From contig BTVV01000006.1 in the NCBI GenBank assembly GCA_045863855.1, forward strand, positions 53,321-117,320: a DNA stretch of 64,000 nucleotides, written 5' to 3'. The DNA comes from Planctomycetota bacterium (GTDB lineage: Bacteria; Planctomycetota; SZUA-567; H5-PLA8). This document shows positions 49,970 to 60,400 of this stretch, piece by piece. The notes beneath the pieces are model-generated. The model saw nothing but the letters and a program-made list of their open reading frames with translations, had not been told where the DNA came from and ran no database searches. Every line of letters begins with the position of its first letter. Position 1 is the first letter of the stretch. The translations under genes and the position numbers were made by a program.

Positions 49970-50682
49970 GCGCGTTCGTCCCGTCCCAAATCCATCAGGA
50001 TCGAACCCGCGCGGCGCTTCCAGCGCACGCCGATGGGCGGCGTGCCCGCGGCGAAGGCTTCCGCGTATTCGCACCAGACCGTTTTGCCCGTCATGCGGTT
50101 GTAGTCGGTCAGGATCTTGGTCCATTCTTCCGCATGGGATTTGTGGCACGCGATCATCCTGAGCTTCTGCTCGAAGACCGCGCCGATATTCACGTAGTAG
50201 TCGGGCTTTACGACGCAGCGGTCGTCGCCGGCCATCAGTCCCATGTACACTTCGGTGGTCCAGAACAGGTTCGCCAGATGCAAGGCTTTCCAAGCGATGC
50301 CCCAGACCGCGGCGTGGTCGGGCTTCTCGTGCGGCCAGTGCGTGAATAAGGCGGCCGGCTTGAGTTTATCCAACAGGCCGGCCACCCGCGCGCAGACTTC
50401 GCGGTGCGCGTAGATCTCCGAGTCCGGTTCGTCGAGGAAGGTCACTTCCGCCCCGAACATCGCGTCCGCTTCCACTTCCTCCGCGCTGCGCGTGGCGGCG
50501 ACTTCCGCGTTCGGCGGTCCCAGGCCTTCGCCGGCCCACTTGTAGCCGCGCTCGCCGCGCGTGACGCAGATCACGTGCAGCTTGTAGCGCACCTGAAGCA
50601 GCAGCGCCGTTCCGCCCATTACGAACGTGGCGTCGTCGGGATGCCCGAAGAGGCAGACGATGTTGGGCTTCGACTCGGCCAT
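49966..50682 (-). CDS. PIG-L/LmbE family deacetylase
   Basis: HPDD, TRGE, R..E, PDH, HKSH. Confidence 0.85.
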   Translation of the reverse strand: MAESKPNIVCLFGHPDDATFVMGGTALLLQVRYKLHVICVTRGERGYKWAGEGLGPPNAEVAATRSAEEVEADAMFGAEVTFLDEPDSEIYAHREVCARVAGLLDKLKPAALFTHWPHEKPDHAAVWGIAWKALHLANLFWTTEVYMGLMAGDDRCVVKPDYYVNIGAVFEQKLRMIACHKSHAEEWTKILTDYNRMTGKTVWCEYAEAFAAGTPPIGVRWKRRAGSILMDLGRDERA

Positions 50683-50906
50683 GGGAGCGTTCCTTTTATA
50701 GGCATTTGGGACGGCGTCCGGATCAGTATGGCGGGTCCGTTCCTCGCCGCAAGCCCGATGAGCGCGCTATCAAGCGCTCCAAGCGTGGCGTCCCAAGCCT
50801 CTGGCAGTCGCGCCGTCGACGGGGGCCGGCCGCGATTCCCCGTAACTTACGGACCAGCGCGCCGGTTGGAAGCCCTCGGGACTCCGGCTGCGCGAGGGAC
50901 ACGCAC

Positions 50907-51239
50907 ATGTTCTTTCGAACTGAGGCGCAAGGCCAGCGCCCCTGGCTTCAACTGCACTTGCTGCCGCTGCTGCTGTTTCTCTTTGGTGTGTCCGCTTGGC
51001 TCTATATTGCGGTACGTATCGATTTACAATACATGGCTATCCATGCGAATGAGTATACGCTCTGCGCGTGGCTGGGGAGCGGGTTCTATTACGCTGCGGG
51101 TTACTTCGAGACTCGCATTCAAAGGCTGGAAAATCAGCGGCGGCAGGACGCTGTTTCGGCGCCGAACGCAAGCCGGATCGGGCCGTCTCAAGTTCGTCAG
51201 GCGCATCCCGCTAATTCCAGTATCCCCGCGCCGCCGTAG
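50907..51239 (+). CDS. Small two-TM membrane protein
   Basis: RPWLQLHLLPLLL N-terminal motif, two hydrophobic segments. Confidence 0.5.
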   Translation: MFFRTEAQGQRPWLQLHLLPLLLFLFGVSAWLYIAVRIDLQYMAIHANEYTLCAWLGSGFYYAAGYFETRIQRLENQRRQDAVSAPNASRIGPSQVRQAHPANSSIPAPP

Positions 51240-51373
51240 CGGTTATAGAAAGTGAGCCGGATCGGTCCAAGAATCGGGCATGCGGGCTCAGTCCCGGTTC
51301 GTCATTCCAAAGGAGCTGCGGCGCGCGCCGTCCCTTTCGAAATCCAACCTCGGCAATCTAAAATCGACGAACG

Positions 51374-53716
51374 ATGGATCTTCCCTTCCTGCTCAATACT
51401 CCCTGGCCCATCTGGCTGATTCTCCTGACGGCCGGAGGAGCGGGTGCGTTGACGTGGCGGGGCTACCGGCGCCGCGCGGGGGAACTCAAGCCGAGCCGCC
51501 GCCGCATGCTGCTGGCGTTGCGTCTGACCGGCTGGGGCTTGCTCTTCGCATGCCTGCTTCAACCCGTGTACCGCATGTTCATTCGTGAGGAACGCGCCAG
51601 CCGTGTCACGGTACTGGTGGACCTCTCCGAGAGCATGTCTTTCCGCGACCGCACCGACGGCCCCACGCGCGCCGAACGCGTGGCCGAAGCGCTGGGCCGC
51701 GAGGAAGACGGCAAGGGGTTGCTGGCAAAGCTGGCGCGTTCGTTCAAGGTTCACACCGAAGGCTTCTCGGCGCACGCCCGGCCGCTGGAACCCGGCGCCT
51801 TTCCGCCGTCCGACGGTCCGCGCACCGATCTGGCCCAAGGACTGAGCGACAGCTTTGCGCGGCTGAAAGGGCCAGACGCCGCGGGGCTGATCCTGCTCAG
51901 CGACGGCGCGGACACCGCACGCGGCGATTACCTCCGCGCGGCGCGGCAGTACCGCCGTTCGGGCGTCCCGATCTACTGCATCGGCGTCGGCGCGCCGGAT
52001 GTTCCGGACTTGGCCGTTACCCAGGTGCGCTGCCGGCGCACGGTCAGCAAGGACACGCTGGTCCGCGTCGAAGTCGATGTCGCGCGCGTCAAGATTCCAC
52101 CGGGCAGCTACAAGGTCCGCATCGCCCGCAACGGCGAGACCGTGAAAGAGGCGGAGGTCGACCTGCAGGGCGAGCACGCCACCGCGATCTTCGAATTCCT
52201 GCCCACCGAGCAGGGCTTTCTGGAGTACGAAGCGCGGATCGATCCGTACGGCGGCGAACTGGTGCTGAGCAACAACGCGATGTCCTTCGGCGTCGTCGCC
52301 TACTCGCGCAAGCTGAAGGTGCTGTACATGGAAGGCAGCCAGCACAAGCATCGCGAATACGGACGCTACGTCTGGGGCGAACGCTGGGAGCACGAGTTCC
52401 TTGTCGAAGCGCTGGAGGAAGACCGCGACGTGGAAGTGGACGTGCTGCTGCGCGAGCTTCCCGCCGACTACGACGGCCCGATCAAAACCGTGAAAGAAGG
52501 CTACCCGCGCTCGAGGAAAGACCTCTTCGCCTACGACGTGATCGTCAGCTCCGACATTCCCATCGACCATTTCAACGAAGACCAGATCAAGTGGACGGTG
52601 GAGTTCGTTGCTCATCACGGCGGCGGGTTCATCATGATCGGCGGCTGGACGGCCTTCGGCGAGGGCGGTTACGCTGGCAGCGCGTTCGACAAGATGCTGC
52701 CCGTCGAGATGAACAAGCACGATAAGCATACCGACGGCGAACCGTTTCGCTGGCTGGTCACCGACGAAGGCTTGAAGCACCCGATCATGCAGGTCGCCAA
52801 GGACCCGAAGGAGAACGAGAAGGCCTGGGAACTGCTCAACACGCTGGGCAGCGATTACAGCGGGAACCCCGGCCCGTCCTTTTTCGGCTTCTCGAAGACG
52901 ACGCGTTCCAAACCGGCCGCCGAGACGCTGGCCGTCGTAGCCGACGAGATCTACGAGACCTACATGGGTCCGGCGGTGCTGGTGGCGGTGCAGAAGTTCG
53001 GCAGCGGGCGCAGCATGGCCTTCACCACCGACTGCACCGGCGGCTGGGGCGCGATCTGGGAAGACAGTTGGGGACCCGACAAGACCGATCCCGAAAGGCG
53101 CAACCTGTACTACAAAACGTTTTGGAAGAACGCCAACCGCTGGCTCTCGCATTACCGCATCGCCGCACCCAATCAGCTCGTGCAGTTGGAAACCGAACGG
53201 CTCGTCTACGGCCGGGGCGAAACGCCTCTCGTCCGCGTCAAGGTGTTGAACACGGACTTCGAGCCGACCCACGACGCGCTGGTCACGCTCGGCGTGACCG
53301 GCCCCGAAGGCAAGCCGCAGCATTTCACCCTGTTCCCGCGGTACGAAGAACCGGGGATGTTCGAGCGCAAACTCGAACTCGGCGCGGTGGGCCGCTACGA
53401 CCTGCGCGCGAACGCGAAGCTGAAGGGCGAGGATCTGGGCGGCGACCAGGCGCTGCTGCAAGTGCGCCCGTCGACGGAGGAACTCCGGCAACTCAGCCAG
53501 GACGTCGACACGCTCAAGAAGCTCGCGCGCGAAAGCGGCGGCGAATATTTCGATCTGGAGAACGCGGCCGGCGTGACGGACCTGTTGCGCCAGGACACGC
53601 ATGTCGTCCAGCGCTTCCGCGATCGCGATCTTTGGGACAACACCTGGGTCTTCGCGGCGATCGTGGGGCTTTTGTGCAGCGAGTGGTTCTTCCGCAAGCG
53701 CGCGGGATTGCCGTAA
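51374..53716 (+). CDS. Membrane vWA + class I glutamine amidotransferase-like protein
   Basis: N-terminal TMs, VLVDLSESM, LLSDG, GGGFIMIGG..FGEGGY, FGSGRS, EWFFRKRAGL. Confidence 0.85.
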   Translation: MDLPFLLNTPWPIWLILLTAGGAGALTWRGYRRRAGELKPSRRRMLLALRLTGWGLLFACLLQPVYRMFIREERASRVTVLVDLSESMSFRDRTDGPTRAERVAEALGREEDGKGLLAKLARSFKVHTEGFSAHARPLEPGAFPPSDGPRTDLAQGLSDSFARLKGPDAAGLILLSDGADTARGDYLRAARQYRRSGVPIYCIGVGAPDVPDLAVTQVRCRRTVSKDTLVRVEVDVARVKIPPGSYKVRIARNGETVKEAEVDLQGEHATAIFEFLPTEQGFLEYEARIDPYGGELVLSNNAMSFGVVAYSRKLKVLYMEGSQHKHREYGRYVWGERWEHEFLVEALEEDRDVEVDVLLRELPADYDGPIKTVKEGYPRSRKDLFAYDVIVSSDIPIDHFNEDQIKWTVEFVAHHGGGFIMIGGWTAFGEGGYAGSAFDKMLPVEMNKHDKHTDGEPFRWLVTDEGLKHPIMQVAKDPKENEKAWELLNTLGSDYSGNPGPSFFGFSKTTRSKPAAETLAVVADEIYETYMGPAVLVAVQKFGSGRSMAFTTDCTGGWGAIWEDSWGPDKTDPERRNLYYKTFWKNANRWLSHYRIAAPNQLVQLETERLVYGRGETPLVRVKVLNTDFEPTHDALVTLGVTGPEGKPQHFTLFPRYEEPGMFERKLELGAVGRYDLRANAKLKGEDLGGDQALLQVRPSTEELRQLSQDVDTLKKLARESGGEYFDLENAAGVTDLLRQDTHVVQRFRDRDLWDNTWVFAAIVGLLCSEWFFRKRAGLP

Positions 53717-53819
53717 AGCCCGGGAATCGGTGAACGGGCGCATCCCCTCAAGCGTCCCACGCAAGAGGGCATGGAGGCGAAGGCGAGAAGGTGAACGGGT
53801 TGCCAGGAGCCCTTAAAAA

Positions 53820-54026
53820 ATGCCGTTCATCCGTACCAAGCCGCGCACGTTTGCGTGGCAAGCGGGGTATAGCGCCTTCAGCGTGAGCAAGTCCGGCGTG
53901 TGCGAAGTCTCGGAGTACATCGCGAGGCAGGAGCAACATCGCGCGCGTATGAGTTTTCAGGAGGCATTGCGCGCGTTTCTGGCGAAACACGAGATTGAGT
54001 ACGATGAACGATATTTCTGGGAATAG
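53820..54026 (+). mobile_element. IS200/IS605 TnpA (Y1/RAYT-like) C-terminal fragment
   Basis: FAWQAGYSAFSVS..YIARQEQH..SFQE..IEYDERYFW; HUH-containing N-terminus absent. Confidence 0.85.
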
Positions 54027-54042
54027 TCGGGCGCATGCTGCC

Positions 54043-54125
54043 GCCCCTCCGGGGCTGCGCATGTCGAGCGCTTTTAACCCGCGTCTTTCGCCGTGGGCTA
54101 AACCCTCCACGCCCCTCCGGGGCGT
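54043..54125. repeat. REP-like palindrome cluster
   Basis: GCCCCTCCGGGGC at 54043 and 54111 flanking imperfect CCCGCGTC-TTTC-GCCGTGGG hairpin. Confidence 0.75.
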
Positions 54126-54153
54126 ACGACTAGGACGCTTCCATCCAGCACGG

Positions 54154-57100
54154 ATGGCCTGCGTTAATCTCGTGATCGTCCTTATCGCCAGTTTCGCCCC
54201 GCATGCCCGCGCCGCGACGATCCCGCCGCCGCCGGACCCAGGACTCGAAGCGTCCATCCGCGCCGCCGATTGCATCGCCGAAGTCGAAATCCTCGCCGGC
54301 GGCCCCTTTCGCGCGGCGGCCAAGGTGCTGCGTACCTTTAAGGGCGAAGCGCCGGCCCTCATCGAACTGGAAGGCTACAACTCGCTTAACGGCGATACGG
54401 CCAGCGGCGGATTCGCCGGCGGCGACCGCTATATCCTCTTTCTCTCGCGCACCGGAAAGCCCGATCTTTTCACGACGCTGACGCCCACCGCGCCGCGCTT
54501 GGCCGTCACCGACGACGGCGTGAACTTGGTCCTGGGCGATCCTCCGTTCACCGTGCCGGTGAGACCCGAGTCGATCGAAACGGCGCTCAAGCTGGTACTC
54601 GAACGCGAGCGCACGGGCCAGAGCCCTGACGGAGCGCTCGATGCGATTCGCGCGCTGTGGGAGAAGGACGAACTCGAACAGCGCTACCTCGCGGTGGCGC
54701 TTGCGGGCATGCTGCGCGACGAACGCGCGACCGGCCTGGCCATCGAAGCCGCGCAAGGGCGTCTCTTGCGCCTGCGGCTGACGGGCATCGAGGCGCTGCG
54801 CAAGATCGCGACGCCGGAGGCCCTCGCGGCGCTGCGGCCGCTGGGCAAGGACCGCCGCGCCACGGTGGGCCTGGAAGCCGCGCGCGCGCTGGTGGCGCTG
54901 CGCGATCTCGAATCGGTGCCCGCGTTGTTGGACTGGGCCGCACGCGCCGCCGCCGAACTCGCCAAACTGCCCGACGGCGACGCGCGTAAGAAGCCGACGC
55001 AACTGGTGCTCAATCAGCTCTTTTTCTGGCTCGATGAAGAAGGCGCGCTGCTCCCGCCCGAACAACTCGTGCCGCCGCTGCTGGAACTGGCCAAGTCGCC
55101 CGAAGACGGCGCCGCCGATAACGCGCTCTTCGTGCTCGGCTCGCTCGCGCGCCGCGACCATATCCAGCGCCTGATCGATCTGGCCGACGATCCGGTTTAT
55201 ACGCGCCGCGACGAAGCGCGCGTGGCGCTCTTTCGGGCCACGTCGCGCCCCGTGGACGACCTCGACCGCTTCCGCGCGTGGTGGCAAGAGGCTCGAACGG
55301 CTTTCGGCGAGGACCAGCGCCGCACGGTCGTCGAGCAGGCCGCGCGCGCGCTGGCGACATTGCCCGACGACGAGAGCCGTGTCGGCTATACGGCCGTCTT
55401 GCGCGTGTCGCCGGCGGAATTGGCGCTGGTCAGCGCTGCGCCGCTGCTGCTGAACGAGACCTCCGCGGCAGCCTTTACGGCCGCCGACTTGGGTTACTGG
55501 CGCTCGCCGCTGGTGCTGCCTTTCCTGCTCGAACGGCTGGGCCACGATTCGTACACCGAACGACGCACGGGGCTCGACGGCGCCGCGTTCATGGCTTCGC
55601 GTTATCCGCGCCTCGCGCCGCTGGTGCGGCCGTTCGTGCGCGGCGCGCTCTACGACGAGTACAGCGGCATGCGCCGCAGCGCCGCGAGCGCCGCAGGCAG
55701 CCTGCAGGATACGCGCGCCGCGCCGCACCTGATCGATCTGTTGCGCGGCAACGGTTACGAAGCCGCCGACGCGGGGCGCGCGGTCTTCCAGCTCACCGCG
55801 CGCACGCTGGGCTACAGTTCCTACGAACCGCTGGCCGACGAAGAAGCCGCCGCCGAACGCTTGGGCGACTGGTGGACCGGCTGGTCTGCCGCGCATGCGA
55901 ATGCGGCGTATCCGCTCCCGTTTCCGCCCACGCGCGTCCCCGCGCTAACCGACCCGCTCGATCCGGCCGAGTTGGAAGCGGCGTGCCTGGGCGCCGACAG
56001 CCGTGCCAGCGCCGCGGCGCTGGCGATCCTGCTCGAACGGCGCAAGCCGTCCGATCCGCTCTGGGCAAAGCTCCTCGCATCCAGCCGCGTGCGCGACAAG
56101 GCGCAGGGCGTCACCGGGCGCATAGGCGGCGATGCGGCGCTCGCCGACGAGCTGGGCCGCCTCGTCGCCGGCTCGCCGGCACAGGCCGATCTCGTCCGCG
56201 CGCAAGCGCTGGTTGCTTTAGGCTCGCTCGAAGGCGGGGCCGGAGCGGCGTGGATCGTGCGCTGGCTCCAAGGCGCCGGTTCGAGCGCGCCGCTTCCGTA
56301 CCGGCGGCTGGCGGTCGTGCTGCTGGGGTTGGGCGATGGCGAACCGCTCTCGCGTGCGTATCTTTCGAATCTCGTCACGCAAGCCGTGCCGGTCGAAGCC
56401 TCGCTCATCGACATCTTCGTGAAGCGGCCGGAAGACGCCTTGCTCCGCGCGGCGCTGGCGGCGCTGTGTGCGCGCTCCGACGGGACGGAAGGCCTTCGCG
56501 CGGGCATGCGGCTGACGCAGGCGGCACTGCGCGAGACAGCCGCACGCGCGCTGGTGATGCAGCGACGCCCCGAAGTCTTCCCCGGCTTGTTCGACGTTCT
56601 CGCGCTGGGCGATGCGTACACGCTGCCGCCTTTTGTGCGGCTGTGTGCGCCGCTGATCCAGGCGCCCAACGCCGGGGCTTTGCGCGCGATGCTTAGCAGC
56701 ACCAAGGAAGGCGCGCGCATCGCCGCCAGCGGCATCCTGGCGCTGCGCCCCGATCTGGCCGCCGATGCGGAGACGGTTGCGGTCCTGATTCCCGCGTTGC
56801 GCGATTCTTCCGACACGGTGCGCGAGCAAGCCGCGCAAGCACTGGGCAAGGCCCGCGCGCAGCAGGCGGTTCAGCCGCTGGCGATGGCGCTGGCCGACCT
56901 CGATACGGGCGTCAAAGCCGCCGCCGCGGAAGCGCTGGCGCGAATTGGCGACCGCCGCGCTTGCCAGCTTGCCGCCGTCGAAGCCCAAGCGTTGTTGCGC
57001 ATCGATCCGCGCTGGCTGCGCGCACTCGGCATTGCCGGAGGCGAAGAAGAACTCGCCTTGCTTCTGCGCTTCGCCAAATCGACCGCGCTGCTGGATCAGA

Positions 57101-57426
57101 GCGCCGGACTGGAAGGATTGGGCGTCTGCCCGCGCCCGGAAGCCTTGGCGCGCCTGCTGGAAGTGTTTCACAACCGCGAGTCGAAATTCCAGACCCACGC
57201 CGCGCGCGCGCTGCAGGATCAGGGCAACGCCGCCGTCGAGGGCTTGGCTTCCGATCTGGCTTCCACCGACGTTCAGGTGCGCGCGCGGGCGCTGCATCTG
57301 CTGGCGCACATTCCTACCCGCTCCAGCGCCGCGGCGCTCGAAGCCGCGTTGCGCGACCCCGACGCCAAGCTGCGCGAACTGGCGGCTTGGGGGCTGGGAC
57401 GACACAAAGCCAGGGCGAAGCGTTAA
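54154..57426 (+). CDS. Exported HEAT-repeat protein
   Basis: Signal-like N-terminus; repeats LRDSSDTVREQAAQALG, LADLDTGVKAAAAEALA, LRDPDAKLRELAAWGLG. Confidence 0.8.
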   Translation: MACVNLVIVLIASFAPHARAATIPPPPDPGLEASIRAADCIAEVEILAGGPFRAAAKVLRTFKGEAPALIELEGYNSLNGDTASGGFAGGDRYILFLSRTGKPDLFTTLTPTAPRLAVTDDGVNLVLGDPPFTVPVRPESIETALKLVLERERTGQSPDGALDAIRALWEKDELEQRYLAVALAGMLRDERATGLAIEAAQGRLLRLRLTGIEALRKIATPEALAALRPLGKDRRATVGLEAARALVALRDLESVPALLDWAARAAAELAKLPDGDARKKPTQLVLNQLFFWLDEEGALLPPEQLVPPLLELAKSPEDGAADNALFVLGSLARRDHIQRLIDLADDPVYTRRDEARVALFRATSRPVDDLDRFRAWWQEARTAFGEDQRRTVVEQAARALATLPDDESRVGYTAVLRVSPAELALVSAAPLLLNETSAAAFTAADLGYWRSPLVLPFLLERLGHDSYTERRTGLDGAAFMASRYPRLAPLVRPFVRGALYDEYSGMRRSAASAAGSLQDTRAAPHLIDLLRGNGYEAADAGRAVFQLTARTLGYSSYEPLADEEAAAERLGDWWTGWSAAHANAAYPLPFPPTRVPALTDPLDPAELEAACLGADSRASAAALAILLERRKPSDPLWAKLLASSRVRDKAQGVTGRIGGDAALADELGRLVAGSPAQADLVRAQALVALGSLEGGAGAAWIVRWLQGAGSSAPLPYRRLAVVLLGLGDGEPLSRAYLSNLVTQAVPVEASLIDIFVKRPEDALLRAALAALCARSDGTEGLRAGMRLTQAALRETAARALVMQRRPEVFPGLFDVLALGDAYTLPPFVRLCAPLIQAPNAGALRAMLSSTKEGARIAASGILALRPDLAADAETVAVLIPALRDSSDTVREQAAQALGKARAQQAVQPLAMALADLDTGVKAAAAEALARIGDRRACQLAAVEAQALLRIDPRWLRALGIAGGEEELALLLRFAKSTALLDQSAGLEGLGVCPRPEALARLLEVFHNRESKFQTHAARALQDQGNAAVEGLASDLASTDVQVRARALHLLAHIPTRSSAAALEAALRDPDAKLRELAAWGLGRHKARAKR

Positions 57427-57433
57427 ATCCGGT

Positions 57434-60400
57434 TCAGGCTTGGCCCAGCTTGGCGAACAATTCGCCGAGTGCCGGCTCGTAATTTTTCCAGCGCGCCACC
57501 GAGCGCTTGTAGATCGGCTCGCGCACCTGCGTGACGCTGGCCGTGCGCACCGGCCGGTCGGTTTTGTGCGGTTCCAGGCAGGCGTCCTCGAATTCCAGCC
57601 CCACCCAGTCGATCAGCTTCCGCGCCGTGCCCTCGGGATCTTCAACGGTGGTTTCGTAATCGATCTCCAGCATCGGGACCGGCATGACCTTGCGCCAGTG
57701 TTCCATCACGCGGACGTATTGCCCGAAGCGGTGCGCGATCTCGTCCTGCACGCAGGCCCAGCGGATGTGGCGGAAGTTGGTCATCCAGCAGGAGACCGCG
57801 ATGTCGCGCAGGTCGCGGCGGCAGTGAATGAAACGCGCTTTCGGAAAGAGCACCGCCAGCAAGCCGATGTTCAGGTAGTTGTCGGGCATCTTATCGACCA
57901 CGCGCAGCGCGTCGGCGTTCAGATTGTCCAGCTTTTGCAGATGCTGTTCCGCCACTAAGCGAACGCTCTCGGCATCCAGCCGCTCCAGCACTTCGAAGGT
58001 GTTTTTGGACGGATCGATCAGGCCGGGGATCGCCTCGAAACTTTCTCGCGCGAAGCGCCGTTCGCCCGCGCCAAATACCTTGGAATGGCTGGCGATGATC
58101 TGCTCGGTCAGCGTCGTGCTGCTGCGCGGCAGTCCGAAGACGAAGACGGGCCGCTCGCTCGCGGAGCCGAACTCCTTCACGCGCGCGAAGAATTCGGGCG
58201 TGAAATGGGCGATCAGGTTGTCGACGAAGCGCTGGTGCTCCTCGGGGCGGTAGTCGAGTCCCTTCTTGACCATCTGGGCTTTACGCAGCTCGTTGGCGAT
58301 CTTGAGGTGTTCGGCGGCTTCGGCGTACTCGCCGCGGGCGTCGAGCACCTGGGCGAGTCCGTAATGCAGCCCCATGCCCTTGCCGCGCCGGTCGCTGCGC
58401 TTTTCGAGCAGCGCCTTCATGTTCGCCAGATCCTCGTCGGGCATCTTCTTGCGAAGCAGCGTGGCGAGCTGCCCGTAGGCGCCGGCGTGATTCGGCTCTT
58501 GCTCGAGCGCTTTGCGTAGGTGCTGTTCGGCTTTTTCCAGATCGCCGGTTTCTTCTTCCAGGGTAGCGAGGCTGACCAGCGCGCTGGGCAGCTTCTTCTT
58601 CAGTTCCAAGGCGCGTTCGAGGCACTTGCGGGCTTCTTCGTTGCGCTGCTGGTCGCGGAAAAGTCCGCCCAGCCCGGTCAGCGCGTCGACGTAGCTGGGG
58701 TCCAGACGCAGTGCCGCCTGGTAATGCGCGATGGCGTCTTCGTCCATCTCGCGGTCGGCCAGCAGGCTGGCGATGTTGCTGTAGATCCGCGCGGAGTTCG
58801 GCTCGGCGCGCAGACCCTTGCGATACCACTCCATCGCTTCTTCGAGCTTGCCTTCTTCCTGCAGCGCCTGCCCCATGTTGCTGAAAGGCATGCCCAGCGT
58901 GGCGTCGCGCTGGATCGCCTGCGCGTAACAGGCTTTGGCCTCGTCGAGCCGCCCCAATTCGCGGTACACGTTGCCCAGATTGCTGTGCGCGGCGGCGAGA
59001 TTGGGCTTCAGCTCGACGGCCTTTTCGCAGTGCTCCAGCGCTTCCTCGGCGCGGCCCTCTTCCAGCAGGATCTGGCCCAGGTTGCTGCGCGCTTCGGCCA
59101 TATCGGGCTGGGCTTCGACGGCGAGCGTAAAGTGCTGCAAGGCGCCTTCGAGATCACCGCTCTCGCGCAGCGCGTTGGCGAGATTGTTGTGCGCGAGCGC
59201 GAATTTCGGGCGCAGACGCACGGCTTCGCGGTATTGCTCGATGGCCCGGTCGCGGTGCCCCTGCGCATGCAGGATCAGGCCGAAGTTGTTCCGCGCATCG
59301 GGGAAATCGGGCTGCAGGCGCAACGCTTCCTGGCACGAGTTCGCCGCGCGGCCCAGGCGGCCCTGCAAGCGCAGCCCTTCCGCCAGATTGGCGTGGTATG
59401 CCGCCATGTTCGGGTTGACCGCGATCGCCTTCTCGATCAGCTCCGTCGCATGTCCCAAATCGCCCTGCTGGAGGCGCAGGACGCCCAGCAAATGCAGACC
59501 ATCGGGGTGATTCGGCTGGCGATCCAGCGCCTGTGCGTACAGGCGCTCGGCTTCCGGAAGCCGCCCGGCCTGATGGTGCTGCAACGCTTGCTGCAACAGC
59601 GGTCCGGCCGCCGCGCCTCCACCGCCCCCTCCGCCGCCGCGCGCGTGGCCCGGACCGGGCACGACCTGCCCGCGCCCGCCTTGCGCCGGCATCACGTTCA
59701 ATTGCGGCGTGGCTCGTTGCACCGGCGAGCGGGGCAATCCCGCGTTGGAGACCGATGCCGCTCGCGGGCGTTGCGCCGGAGCTTGGGCATTTCCCCGCGG
59801 TGCGTTTACCGTGCCCGCAGGCCGGCCTTCGGCGAGGTGAGCTTCCATCCGTTCGTACAAGCGCATGCCCTGCTTGGGCGGATCGAAATCGGCGTAGCGC
59901 TTGGCGAACGCTTCGGCCGAAGCCATGTACGACGCTCCCGTCAGCACCGCGTTCAATCGTGTGGCCAAGTCTTCGGCCTTCTGATCCTGAATCACCAATC
60001 CCACGCCCAACTGCTCGGCTCGCCGCGCCAGCAGGAGTTGCTCCAGTTGCAGCGGCACCATTAAGGTAGGCTTTCCGGCCAGCAGCAACTGAGCCATCGT
60101 CCCGTGGTTCGCATTGTGCACTGCAAGCCGACACTCGGCTCCAACGGTCTTTAAATCAAACAAATTTTTACTGAAAACCATGGTATCGGAAGTGAATTTC
60201 TTAAGTGTATCTTCGGGGATGTGATCCGGCACGATCAAGGTCGGTTTCTTGAGTACCGTCAAAGCCTGAAGAATAGGCACAAGGTTCTTGCTAGGCTTAA
60301 GATAAGCGAAAACTTTAGCGCCTTCACCGCCCGGCCATTCTGGCTTGGCGCCGGGGTAATACGAACAGATCCCCCAATAATTTCCGCCCTCACGCTCGGC

